Assembly (NCBI GenBank): GCA_963841435.1
Contig: CAWJCS010000002.1
Span: 736,001-800,000, forward strand
Length of the DNA: 64,000 bases
Source: an uncultured delta proteobacterium
Lineage (GTDB): Bacteria; Myxococcota_A; Polyangia; Polyangiales; Polyangiaceae
Reading direction: 5' to 3'
The notes under the pieces are model-generated. The model saw only the letters and a list, made by a program, of their open reading frames with translations, ran no database searches and was not told the origin of the DNA. The position numbers were made by a program, and so were the translations under genes. This document shows, in pieces, positions 39,077-47,567 of the stretch (the stretch's first letter is position 1; each line of letters opens with the position of its first letter).

Positions 39077-39690
39077 ACGCCTTCGTTAGCTCCGCGGTGC
39101 TGTTGCTCGTGATCCTCAACCCGTTCGCACTCGCCGTTTACTTGATCGATCTTTTTCGCACGACCCGCCTCGTGGAGCTCTTCTACATTCTCGTGCGCGC
39201 CATGCTGATCGGTGCGTGCGTGTTCTGCCTGTTTGCCTGGTCCGGTCAGGCGGTCTTCACCAACGTGCTGCAGATACGCTTCGCGGCCTTCCAGGTTTTC
39301 GGTGGAGTCGTCTTCTTGGTGATGGCGCTACGTTTCATGCTGAACGGCAGCGAGACGCTCGTCGCGTTGCGCGGACCGCCTGGGCGCGTGGCCGGCGCGA
39401 TCGCGATGCCGTTCCTGATTGGCCCGGGAAGCGTCAGCGCCGCGACGCTTGCGGGTCTCAAGCTGCCGACCGCCTGGGCGCTCTTAGCGATCGGCTCGGC
39501 GCTCGGTGTCGTCGTGCTCGTGCTCTGCGTGCTCAAGGTGCTGTTCGACTGGGTGAGCGTCAGGAACGCGCCGCTCGTCGAGCGCTACGTCGAGATCGCG
39601 AGCCGCGTGAGCGCCATGGTCGTCGGGAGCATCGCCGTCGAGATGACTTTCGACGGCGTCGAGGCGTGGCTCACGAGCTTTCATCACTGA
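39073..39690 (+). CDS. MarC family membrane protein
   Basis: ILNPF, FQVFGG, AMPFLIGPG; about 6 TM; GGAGG RBS. Confidence 0.88.
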   Translation: MNAFVSSAVLLLVILNPFALAVYLIDLFRTTRLVELFYILVRAMLIGACVFCLFAWSGQAVFTNVLQIRFAAFQVFGGVVFLVMALRFMLNGSETLVALRGPPGRVAGAIAMPFLIGPGSVSAATLAGLKLPTAWALLAIGSALGVVVLVLCVLKVLFDWVSVRNAPLVERYVEIASRVSAMVVGSIAVEMTFDGVEAWLTSFHH

Positions 39691-39723
39691 ACGCCGCGCG
39701 GCGAGCGGGCTCGTTCGTCTCTC

Positions 39724-40221
39724 TCACTCCCACTTGAGGGAGCTGCCGCGGGCGTCGCGGATCGAGCCGGTCGCCGCCAGAACGATGTCAACCGTGTGCC
39801 AGATGCCGCAACCTCCGGCCGTCAGGAGCTTGGCGATGCCGAGCCCCACCTGGTCGAGCATGAAGCGATCGAGCCCCAAGCTGCCGCCCAGAATCCCCGC
39901 GACGAGCAGGTGATTCGCAGGGACGCGTGGCTCGCCGAACATCGCCGGGGGTCGGAGCGGCCGGCCCTCGCGATCCTTGAGCACGTCGAGCGCGAACAAC
40001 ACGAGATCGATCAACCACCAGAGGGTACAGCCTCCGAGCGTGAGCAGCTTGAGCACGCCGAGCCCGTAGTGGCCGACGTAGAATCGATCGGCGCCGAAGA
40101 TGCCGAGGAAATAGGACAGCAAGATGGCCGTCGAGCGCTGCCTGTCGGAGTACTCGCGCACCACCGGCGGCGGGGGCGCGTAGGGAGGCGGATAGTGACC
40201 GGGCGGAGGAGCGAAGCCCAT
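39724..40221 (-). CDS. Tandem TM2-domain membrane protein
   Basis: Two copies of G-x-x-G-x-DRF-x-x-x-x-x-GLG-x-x-KLLT-x-GGC-x-x-W-x-x-x-D; Pro-rich N-terminus. Confidence 0.88.
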   Translation of the reverse strand: MGFAPPPGHYPPPYAPPPPVVREYSDRQRSTAILLSYFLGIFGADRFYVGHYGLGVLKLLTLGGCTLWWLIDLVLFALDVLKDREGRPLRPPAMFGEPRVPANHLLVAGILGGSLGLDRFMLDQVGLGIAKLLTAGGCGIWHTVDIVLAATGSIRDARGSSLKWE

Positions 40222-40260
40222 CGTGGTCGTTCGGACGTTCGACGGGAACGCCGCTGACCG

Positions 40261-40953
40261 CTACTCGCCCTTGTCGGCGCTCGTGATGCCGATCTTGGCG
40301 TCGTAAACCAGGCGGCCGACTTCCGGGTCCTTGATCACGATCGAGAACTCGTTCGGCACCTCGATGACGACTTCCTTCGGTACGTTGCGCATCGGCGTGC
40401 GGCCCGTGTCCCGGCCCGTCGTCTTCAACGTGATGCTCGTGCCTTTTTCCTCGCCGAACTCGAAGGGGATCTTGTGCAGGGTCGTGAGCGAGCTGCCCTT
40501 CCGGCGCAGCGTGAGCCACACCCAGCCGCCCTTGTCCTGCTTGAACTGCATGCCGTCTTCGCCGAACTTCGAGCGCGCCCTCTTCATGCAGTCGGCCATC
40601 TTCTTGCCGACGCCCTTCGTCTGCGCCTGGCACTTCTCCTCGGCCTTCTCGTGCGGCTCCGAGCCGTTGAAGTTGAACATGAACGTGACCTCGGGTGCGG
40701 TCAGCATGTCCTTCGGGCCGCGCGTGACTGGTCCCGGGCCCGAGTCCGGCCCGCCCTCGTCCTTTTTGGCTTCGTCCTTCTCCTTCTCGTCGGGCTTTCC
40801 TTCGTCGCTCTTGGCCTCGTCGCTGGAGTCCGCGGAGGCGGCCTTTTCTTCACCGCCAGACGCGGGCTCTTCCGCCGGCGGCTGCGAGCCGCCGCACGCT
40901 GCGAGCGCGAGGATCGAGAACAGGAACAGGGCGGAACGCATCGGCATGGCCAT
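40261..40953 (-). CDS. Hypothetical lipoprotein
   Basis: Lipobox LAAC, acidic/Lys-rich linker, two-Cys globular domain. Confidence 0.75.
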   Translation of the reverse strand: MAMPMRSALFLFSILALAACGGSQPPAEEPASGGEEKAASADSSDEAKSDEGKPDEKEKDEAKKDEGGPDSGPGPVTRGPKDMLTAPEVTFMFNFNGSEPHEKAEEKCQAQTKGVGKKMADCMKRARSKFGEDGMQFKQDKGGWVWLTLRRKGSSLTTLHKIPFEFGEEKGTSITLKTTGRDTGRTPMRNVPKEVVIEVPNEFSIVIKDPEVGRLVYDAKIGITSADKGE

Positions 40954-41059
40954 GGGCGGATTGTACCTCCTGAGACGGGGTTCGCGGGTACCACGGGTCG
41001 CGCGCGGCGAGAACCTGACAACGGCCGGAGCCGCCCCGGGCTTCGGCCGGGCTCTGGCC

Positions 41060-42085
41060 TCAGCGCTGCACGCGGCCCGAGCCGTCGCCCGCGACGAGCG
41101 CCTCGACCTCGGCGATGCTCACGAGGTTCAGGTCTCCCGGAATGGTGTGCTTCAGCGCCGAGGCGGCCGTCGCGAACTCGATGGCGCCCTGCCTGTCCCG
41201 CCCCTCGATGAGCGCGTGGATGAGCCCCGCCGCGAAGGAGTCACCGGCGCCGACACGGTTGACGAGCGTGATGTCGTAGTGACGGCTGAAGGCGTGCCCC
41301 TCGCGGTCGGCGAGCAGTCCGCTCCAGCCGTTCTCGCTCGCGCTCTTGCTCTCGCGCAACGTGATGGCCGCGTGCTTCACGGACGGAAAGCGTTCGAGCA
41401 CCTGACGGGTGACGTCGAGGTAGCGGTCGTGCTGGAGCGTTCCGCTTGCCACGTCCGTCGAGCCGGCGCGAATGCCGAAGACCGACTCGCAGTCCTCCTC
41501 GTTCGCGATCAAGACGTTGGTGTGCTCGACGAGCTTTGCCATGACTTCGCCCGCCTTTGCTTTCGACCACAGCTTCTTTCTGTAGTTGAGATCCACGGAG
41601 GTGGTGATGCCGGCTTTTCGTGCGGCGCTGAGGGCCTCGAGCGTGGCCTCGGCACAGCCTTCCGACAGCGCTGGCGTGATGCCCGTCGTATGGAACCAGC
41701 GAGCCCCGGCAAGCGCGCGGCTCCAGTCCACCTGCCCCGGGCCGACGCTGCTGATGGCGGAGCCCGCGCGGTCGTAGAGCACCTGCGAGGCGCGCTGGCT
41801 CGCGCCGGCCTCGAGGAAGTAGATGCCGAGGCGGTCCCCCTTTCGCAGCACCGAGCGAACGTCCACACCGAGGCCGCGTAGCGTCGTGAGCGCCCACTCG
41901 CCGATGGGATTGTCGGGAACGGCGGACACCCAGCGCGATTCGTGACCGAAGCGCGCCAGACTCGCTGCGACGTTCGCTTCGCCGCCACCGAAGGTTGCTT
42001 CGAGCCGCGGCGTCTGGACGAAGCGCGCGAAGCCGGGCGTCTTGAGCCGCAACATCAGCTCGCCGAAGGTGGTGACGATGGCCAT
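41060..42085 (-). CDS. kdgK: 2-dehydro-3-deoxygluconokinase (PfkB family)
   Basis: FGELMLRL, GGGEANVA, TGITPAL, DLNYRKKLW, RVGAGDSFAAG; adjacent to eda. Confidence 0.88.
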   Translation of the reverse strand: MAIVTTFGELMLRLKTPGFARFVQTPRLEATFGGGEANVAASLARFGHESRWVSAVPDNPIGEWALTTLRGLGVDVRSVLRKGDRLGIYFLEAGASQRASQVLYDRAGSAISSVGPGQVDWSRALAGARWFHTTGITPALSEGCAEATLEALSAARKAGITTSVDLNYRKKLWSKAKAGEVMAKLVEHTNVLIANEEDCESVFGIRAGSTDVASGTLQHDRYLDVTRQVLERFPSVKHAAITLRESKSASENGWSGLLADREGHAFSRHYDITLVNRVGAGDSFAAGLIHALIEGRDRQGAIEFATAASALKHTIPGDLNLVSIAEVEALVAGDGSGRVQR

Positions 42086-42109
42086 GGGTAGGATTTGGGT
42101 TTCGACGGA

Positions 42110-42751
42110 TCAGGCGGCGCGCGCCCGCGACAGCGCGGCGCTGACGCTGCGCGCCGCTTTTTCGATCGCTTCGAGGCTCCCGCTGGCCAGGGCGCCACCC
42201 ATCCCGACGGCGACGGCCCCGGCCGCGAGCCAGTCGCCGAGGTTCGTCGCGTCGACGCCGCCCGTGGGCATGAGCGGGATGTGGGGGAGGGGGCCGCGTA
42301 GCGCCTTGACGTAAGACGGTCCGACGGCCGAGCCCGGAAAGAGCTTCACGCAGGCCGCACCCGCCCGGTGGGCGCGCACGATCTCGGTGGGCGTCAGCGC
42401 ACCCGGCAAGTACGGAATGCGCCGCTCACGCGCGGCGAGCGCGAGTGTCTCGTCGAAGTGCGGGCTCACGAGGAAGCTCGCGCCGGCGTTGGTGGCGGCT
42501 TCGAGCTCGGCGAGGTCGAGCACGGTCCCCGCCCCGACGAGGGCACCCGGCAGCTCCCGTTTCGTACGGGCGATGGCATCGGGAGCACCCGGAGTCGAAA
42601 ACGTGATTTCGATCCCGAGCACACCGCCGCGCACGAGCGCCTCGCTCATCGCGACGGCGGCGTCCGCCGATGCGGCGCGGATCACGGCGACGACGCCGAC
42701 GCTTCGGAGGCGCTCGACGAACGGGCTGGAGAGCTTCGTGTCCGGGGGCAT
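42110..42751 (-). CDS. eda: KDPG/KHG aldolase
   Basis: VVAVIRA, IEITF, VGAGTV, PGALTPTE, VKLFP, PTGGV. Confidence 0.93.
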   Translation of the reverse strand: MPPDTKLSSPFVERLRSVGVVAVIRAASADAAVAMSEALVRGGVLGIEITFSTPGAPDAIARTKRELPGALVGAGTVLDLAELEAATNAGASFLVSPHFDETLALAARERRIPYLPGALTPTEIVRAHRAGAACVKLFPGSAVGPSYVKALRGPLPHIPLMPTGGVDATNLGDWLAAGAVAVGMGGALASGSLEAIEKAARSVSAALSRARAA

Positions 42752-42843
42752 GCTCGGGCGGCTCGGCCTCGCGATATAATGCCGAAAACGCCCCCGGCCG
42801 ATCGCCCGGGGCTCCAATTTCTGCGCTGCCGCCGCTTTTGTGC

Positions 42844-43662
42844 TCAGCCGGCGCTGCCGGAGTCGAACAGAAGTCGGTAAAGCACCCGGACCTCGCGCCC
42901 CGGTGCTTGGGGGAAGGACAGGGCGTAGAAGCCCTCGGCGACACAGTTGACGAGCGGTCCGTCGTCGAGCTCGGAGCCCGCGTCGCGCACGCTCGCGACG
43001 CTGCCGTCGGCGCCGATCACGAAGCGCAAGCGGACGACGCCGGAAAGCCCGGGGTGGCGTTCGAGCGCCGAGCGGTAGCAATGCGCGAACAAACCGAAGT
43101 TTGCCTCGACGATGTCGTCGACCGCGCGCGGCTCCATGAACCCTGGCGACGACGACTCGATGCTCACGCCCTTCTCGTGCTCTTGCGACTCGCGCTCGGC
43201 GCTCTTCTTTGCGCTCCCTCGGTGCTTGGCTTTCTCCTCGTCGGGAGGTGGCGGCACGAACAGCCGCGATACGAACGTCCAGCGTGCCTCGGCGGGCGAC
43301 TCGCGCTCACCGAAGTGAAGGCTCTCGATCTGCTCGCCCAGGCACTGCCCGACGATGGGCAGCGCCCCTATCTGCTTCTCGACCTCGGCGCTCCGCGCGA
43401 CGCCTGACGGGTCCACGCGCCAGCGCAGACGCAGCACGCTCTTTGCGTCGGTCGCGCCGAGATCGAAGCAAGCGTGCAAGGAAGCTTCGTTCCCCCTGAG
43501 GGCGGTCAGAACGGCGCGCGGCTCCAGGGTACCGGCGGGCGAAGGGCTCCGGGTCCTCGAGGCGGCGGTGCTCGGCGGGGGGGCCTCGCCCCCGCACGCC
43601 GCTGCCACGAGGGCGCTCGCGCCGGCGACGACCGCAGGCCAGGCGACGGGAGCGCAGCGCAT
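42844..43662 (-). CDS. Lipoprotein with two AgmX/PglI (TonB-C-like) domains
   Basis: Lipobox VAAC; two copies of the 'CY/CF...L-x-W/F-x-V/I...G-x-V...C...F-P/G' pattern. Confidence 0.75.
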   Translation of the reverse strand: MRCAPVAWPAVVAGASALVAAACGGEAPPPSTAASRTRSPSPAGTLEPRAVLTALRGNEASLHACFDLGATDAKSVLRLRWRVDPSGVARSAEVEKQIGALPIVGQCLGEQIESLHFGERESPAEARWTFVSRLFVPPPPDEEKAKHRGSAKKSAERESQEHEKGVSIESSSPGFMEPRAVDDIVEANFGLFAHCYRSALERHPGLSGVVRLRFVIGADGSVASVRDAGSELDDGPLVNCVAEGFYALSFPQAPGREVRVLYRLLFDSGSAG

Positions 43663-43764
43663 CTCGGCGGTCGCTCTCCACCATGGCGCCCGGGGCGAAG
43701 CAAGCCCCCTGGCCACGAGGCCTGGGGGCCTTCACGATGCAGAGCTTCGTGCTAAAAAATTCCG

Positions 43765-45078
43765 ATGAGGACCATTCTTAATGGCTTTTGGCTGACGAGC
43801 TTCGGGGCGCTTTCGCTCCTGGCATGCAGCGCGGGCGAAAAGCCTCCCGGGGGCGACGGCATTGGCAATGGTGGCACCTCCGGGTCGAGCGGTGGGACGC
43901 TCGCCGTCGGTGGGAGCAGCGCGTCCGGGGGGACGGGCGGGAGCGCGGGCGGCTCCGGCGGCAGCATCAGCGTGGGCGGCGCGGGCACGGGCGCCATGGG
44001 TGGCATGGGGGGTATCTGCCAGGAGCTCAGCGTCATTCCCACGCCCCAGGTCCCGGCCGTCATGCTCGTCGTCGACACGTCGTCGAGCATGTGGCGCGAC
44101 ACGACTCCTCAGGCCTGGCCCATCCTCCACACGGCGCTCATGGATCCGGCCAATGGCGTCGTCTACGCCCTGAAGGACAAGATCCGCTTCGGCTTCGAGA
44201 GCTACAAGGGCACGGCCAGCTCGAGCGCGGAGTGCGCCGAGTTCTCGAAGGTGCCGCCCGCGCTCGACAACGCCGACGCCATCGAGGCGGCCTATGGCGC
44301 CATCGACTACCCGATCGATCAGCCCAAGTGGGACACGCCGACGCACTACGCCATCGACACCGCCGTCGCCGATCTCGCGGCGTACATGCCCGACCCACCC
44401 GGTCCCAAGTTCATCCTGCTCGTCACCGACGGCAATCCGGACACCTGTGACAACTTCGATCCGAACTGCGGTCACGACCTCGCCATCAAGGCCGCGCAGG
44501 ACGCCTACGCCGCGGGTGTCGGCCTCTACGTGCTCGGTGTGGGCGACATCGTCGTCAACGGCAACAGCGGCTGTGCCACCTCCGCGCGCTGCGGGCTGCT
44601 CCATTTGCAGGACATGGCGAACGCCGGCGTCGGTGCCGACGTCCAGGCGCCGCCCGGTTGCGTCGATCCGAGCGATCCGGGCTGCGGCTTCAAATACGAG
44701 GCGTGCAACAACAACACGCTGCTCTCGAGCTACGTCGAAACCGCGCCCGCCGTCGGCACCGCCTACACGGTTGACACGACGGCCGGCAATGCACCGGATA
44801 CGCTCGTGACCACGCTCACTGGCCTGTTGAACAACGTGATCTCGTGCACCGTCGAGCTCGACGCCGTGGTGACCGGCAACCCGGCGCTCGGCATGGTCAC
44901 CGTCGGCGGCAGTCCCGTCGCTTACAACGACCCCGACGGCTGGATGCTCGACATGACCACGCTCTACGACGTTACCCTGACGGGTGCAGCGTGCGCCACG
45001 TTCAAGAGCGGCGCTCCCCTCGACATCAAGTTTCCCTGCGACCCGCTGACGGGCAAGCCGGTTGCGGAGCCGCGGTGA
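43765..45078 (+). CDS. vWA-domain lipoprotein (CglB-like)
   Basis: Lipobox LLAC, Gly linker, MIDAS VVDTSSSM, DTPT, LLVTDGNPDTC, Cys-rich C-terminus. Confidence 0.82.
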   Translation: MRTILNGFWLTSFGALSLLACSAGEKPPGGDGIGNGGTSGSSGGTLAVGGSSASGGTGGSAGGSGGSISVGGAGTGAMGGMGGICQELSVIPTPQVPAVMLVVDTSSSMWRDTTPQAWPILHTALMDPANGVVYALKDKIRFGFESYKGTASSSAECAEFSKVPPALDNADAIEAAYGAIDYPIDQPKWDTPTHYAIDTAVADLAAYMPDPPGPKFILLVTDGNPDTCDNFDPNCGHDLAIKAAQDAYAAGVGLYVLGVGDIVVNGNSGCATSARCGLLHLQDMANAGVGADVQAPPGCVDPSDPGCGFKYEACNNNTLLSSYVETAPAVGTAYTVDTTAGNAPDTLVTTLTGLLNNVISCTVELDAVVTGNPALGMVTVGGSPVAYNDPDGWMLDMTTLYDVTLTGAACATFKSGAPLDIKFPCDPLTGKPVAEPR

Positions 45079-45950
45079 GACGACACCTGGCTTTCGGCGC
45101 GGCACTTTCGACGCTCGCGATCGGAGCCTACGTCTCGTTTCGCGATGCACCGCCCGTGCACGCCGAAAAGCTCGCGCCTCCGCCCCCCGCGGGGACCGCC
45201 CGGAGCGCGAAGGCCTCCGCTCCCGAAAAGGGCCCGCCCGCCTGCCCCGCCGAGATGGCGCCCACCGGCGACGCATGCATCGATCGCTGGGAAGCGAGCC
45301 TCGAAAGGCCGGTGCCCGGCGGCGCCCCGGCCCCGTTTCCACCTTACAAGCGGCCGAAGAGCGACAGGCTCGTCGCGCGCTCGCGCCCCGGCGGGCGACC
45401 CCAGGCTTACGTGAGCCGCATCGAGGCGGCGAGCGCCTGCGAGAACGCCGGCAAGAGGCTCTGCTCGGTGTCCGAGTGGTATCGCGCGTGCCGGGGCAGC
45501 GCGGACACGCTGTACCCCTACGGTCCAGCGTTCCTTCGCGGTCGCTGCAACGTCGGTCGCCCGCACCTGCTCTCCATCCTCCACGGCAACGATCCCAAGC
45601 GCTGGCGCTACGAGGAAGATTTCAACGACCCGGCCCTCGACCAGCGCCCGGGCTTCCTCGCCGCGACGGGCGCCTTCTCGGGCTGCGTCAACGACGCGGG
45701 CGTGTTCGACCTCGTCGGCAACTTGCACGAATGGGTTTCGGATTCGGTCAACCGATCGCTCCCCGGCAAGCTCCCCCTCACCCCCGGCATTCGCGCTCGT
45801 CTACACGCCAATCAAGGCAAGGGGATCTTCATGGGCGGCTTCTTCAGCACGACCGACCAGCACGGCGAGGGCTGCAACTTCGTCACCATGGCGCACGAGC
45901 CCGGGTACCACGACTATTCGACTGGTTTCAGGTGCTGCCGGGACTTGTGA
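45075..45950 (+). CDS. SUMF1/FGE-sulfatase domain protein
   Basis: CPAEM...CIDRWE, GKRLC-x-x-x-EW-x-x-AC, YPYG, DLVGNLHEW, GFRCC; GTGA overlap with the vWA gene. Confidence 0.88.
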   Translation: MRRHLAFGAALSTLAIGAYVSFRDAPPVHAEKLAPPPPAGTARSAKASAPEKGPPACPAEMAPTGDACIDRWEASLERPVPGGAPAPFPPYKRPKSDRLVARSRPGGRPQAYVSRIEAASACENAGKRLCSVSEWYRACRGSADTLYPYGPAFLRGRCNVGRPHLLSILHGNDPKRWRYEEDFNDPALDQRPGFLAATGAFSGCVNDAGVFDLVGNLHEWVSDSVNRSLPGKLPLTPGIRARLHANQGKGIFMGGFFSTTDQHGEGCNFVTMAHEPGYHDYSTGFRCCRDL

Positions 45951-46002
45951 CCGGGCCGAGTCGGGGCGCGACCCAGGCGAGGACGCGCGTCGCTGCTGCG
46001 GG

Positions 46003-46317
46003 TCACTGTTTGCAGTGCTGGAGCAGCTCGTCTATGTCTTTGTCGAGCTGAATCAGCGCCGGACACTCCTCGGCCGACGGCTCGCCGTGACACGGATGGT
46101 CGGACGGGTTCAGGCAGCACTCGACCCTCGCCTTTTTCATCGCGGCACCCGTCATCTTCTCGATCTCACTTTCGCAGGGCGAGTGGTTCTCGCACGTGGC
46201 GACCGAGAACAGCACCAGAGCGAGGGCGACACCCCGCGCGAGGAAAAGGACCGTCGGTAAAACGTCCCACGAAGGAACATCGCAACTCTGTGCGACGATG
46301 TGAAGCGGTCTCTCCAT
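46003..46317 (-). CDS. Small hypothetical Cys-rich, possibly exported protein
   Basis: Hydrophobic stretch then several Cys; overlaps the 3' tail of the WYL ORF; start uncertain. Confidence 0.35.
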   Translation of the reverse strand: MERPLHIVAQSCDVPSWDVLPTVLFLARGVALALVLFSVATCENHSPCESEIEKMTGAAMKKARVECCLNPSDHPCHGEPSAEECPALIQLDKDIDELLQHCKQ

Positions 46318-47375
46318 CTGTCACTTGCGCTTCGGACGCTCCCTTGCTCTACACCCCGCCCATCTCGCGATCCGTGAGAACGTCGCGGCGCGCGCGCCGT
46401 CGATTTTTGTGCGCGTGTCTTGGCGGGCCCTGGCGCCGCCCGGTAGCGGCCGGCCGCACGCGCGAGCTCGCGGGCGACGGCCTGGCGCAGCTCCGGCGGG
46501 TGCACGGCTTCGGCTCCTGCTCCCCAGCCGAGCACCCAGCGCATCGCTTCGACCAGGCCGCTCACCTCGGCCTCCACGAGGACGGAGCCGTCGCGAGCCG
46601 TGGTGACGCGCTGCCCGGGAAGCGGATACTCGGCGGCGAGCCAGCCCACCTGCGGGTCGAGTCGCACCCCCACCCGCACGAGGTCGCCCGACCAGGCCTT
46701 CAGCGAGTGCGCGAAGGCGTCCGTGACCGTCTGGCCACGGTACGTCGCCCGCTGGTCCGAGAGCCGGATGCTCGTGATGCGGGCAAGCTTGTAAGTGCGC
46801 TCCGCCCGGCGCTCGACGCAGTACGCGCGCACGTACGGCTCGCCACGGACCAGCCGGACCTCGATGGGCTCGATGTGAACCGTGGTCGGCCTGCCCGCAC
46901 GCGACGCCGCACGATATTCGACCAGCGCGCGGCGCCGCGAGCGGCGCGCCGCGTCCATCACCTTGAGCACGTCGGGGCGCGTGGGCGGCACGGGCGCAAG
47001 GCGGAGCGACTGCTGCGGCTCGGGGGGGCGGAGCTTTTCGAGTAGCGCGTCGAGCTCGGTGACGACCTCCGTCCCTGTGAGCGGCTCGAGGCTCTGACGG
47101 GCGAGAAAGAGAGCCGCAATCTGCAGCGGCGTGAGGCCGAGCGCCGGCAGCTCGCTCGTCCCGAGCAGCCGGTGCCGCGCCCCCTCGCCACGACCCTCGG
47201 CCGTGAGGGGGACCCCCGCTTCGTTCAACAGCGAGAGGTAGCGGTACACCGTTGCGCGCGCGGCGCCGGTCACCGCTTGGAGCTCGGCCAACGTGAGCCC
47301 GCGCTTGCTCCCGGCGAGCGCCGACACCAGCTGCCACTGGCGGATGAGCATGTCGCGGTAGCGCTTGCTGGCCAT
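46152..47375 (-). CDS. HTH-WYL(-WCX) transcriptional regulator
   Basis: N-terminal HTH (TLAEL...RATVYRYL), WYL domain (VEY...IEP...YVRAYC...RTYKLARI), WVLGWG...PPELR; last about 95 aa low-complexity. Confidence 0.88.
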   Translation of the reverse strand: MASKRYRDMLIRQWQLVSALAGSKRGLTLAELQAVTGAARATVYRYLSLLNEAGVPLTAEGRGEGARHRLLGTSELPALGLTPLQIAALFLARQSLEPLTGTEVVTELDALLEKLRPPEPQQSLRLAPVPPTRPDVLKVMDAARRSRRRALVEYRAASRAGRPTTVHIEPIEVRLVRGEPYVRAYCVERRAERTYKLARITSIRLSDQRATYRGQTVTDAFAHSLKAWSGDLVRVGVRLDPQVGWLAAEYPLPGQRVTTARDGSVLVEAEVSGLVEAMRWVLGWGAGAEAVHPPELRQAVARELARAAGRYRAAPGPAKTRAQKSTARAPRRSHGSRDGRGVEQGSVRSASDRWRDRFTSSHRVAMFLRGTFYRRSFSSRGVSPSLWCCSRSPRARTTRPAKVRSRR

Positions 47376-47567
47376 CGAGCCCCTCGGCGAAACGTCCCGC
47401 CCGGTAGACGTGTGCCTACGCTAGCCGCCGAGGGCGAAGCCGGGCAACGGCTCTGCTCAGATCTGCTCCCAGGCGTCCGTCGCCACTGCTCATGCGTTCA
47501 ATGCCGCACGGAGTCCCGCGCCCGCCGCCCTCGACGACGAAACGCTCCGCGGCCCGTGCCTCGGGCC

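Noticed and set aside
41023-41048. GC hairpin downstream of kdgK as an intrinsic terminator
   Set aside because: No U-tract on either strand; insufficient support
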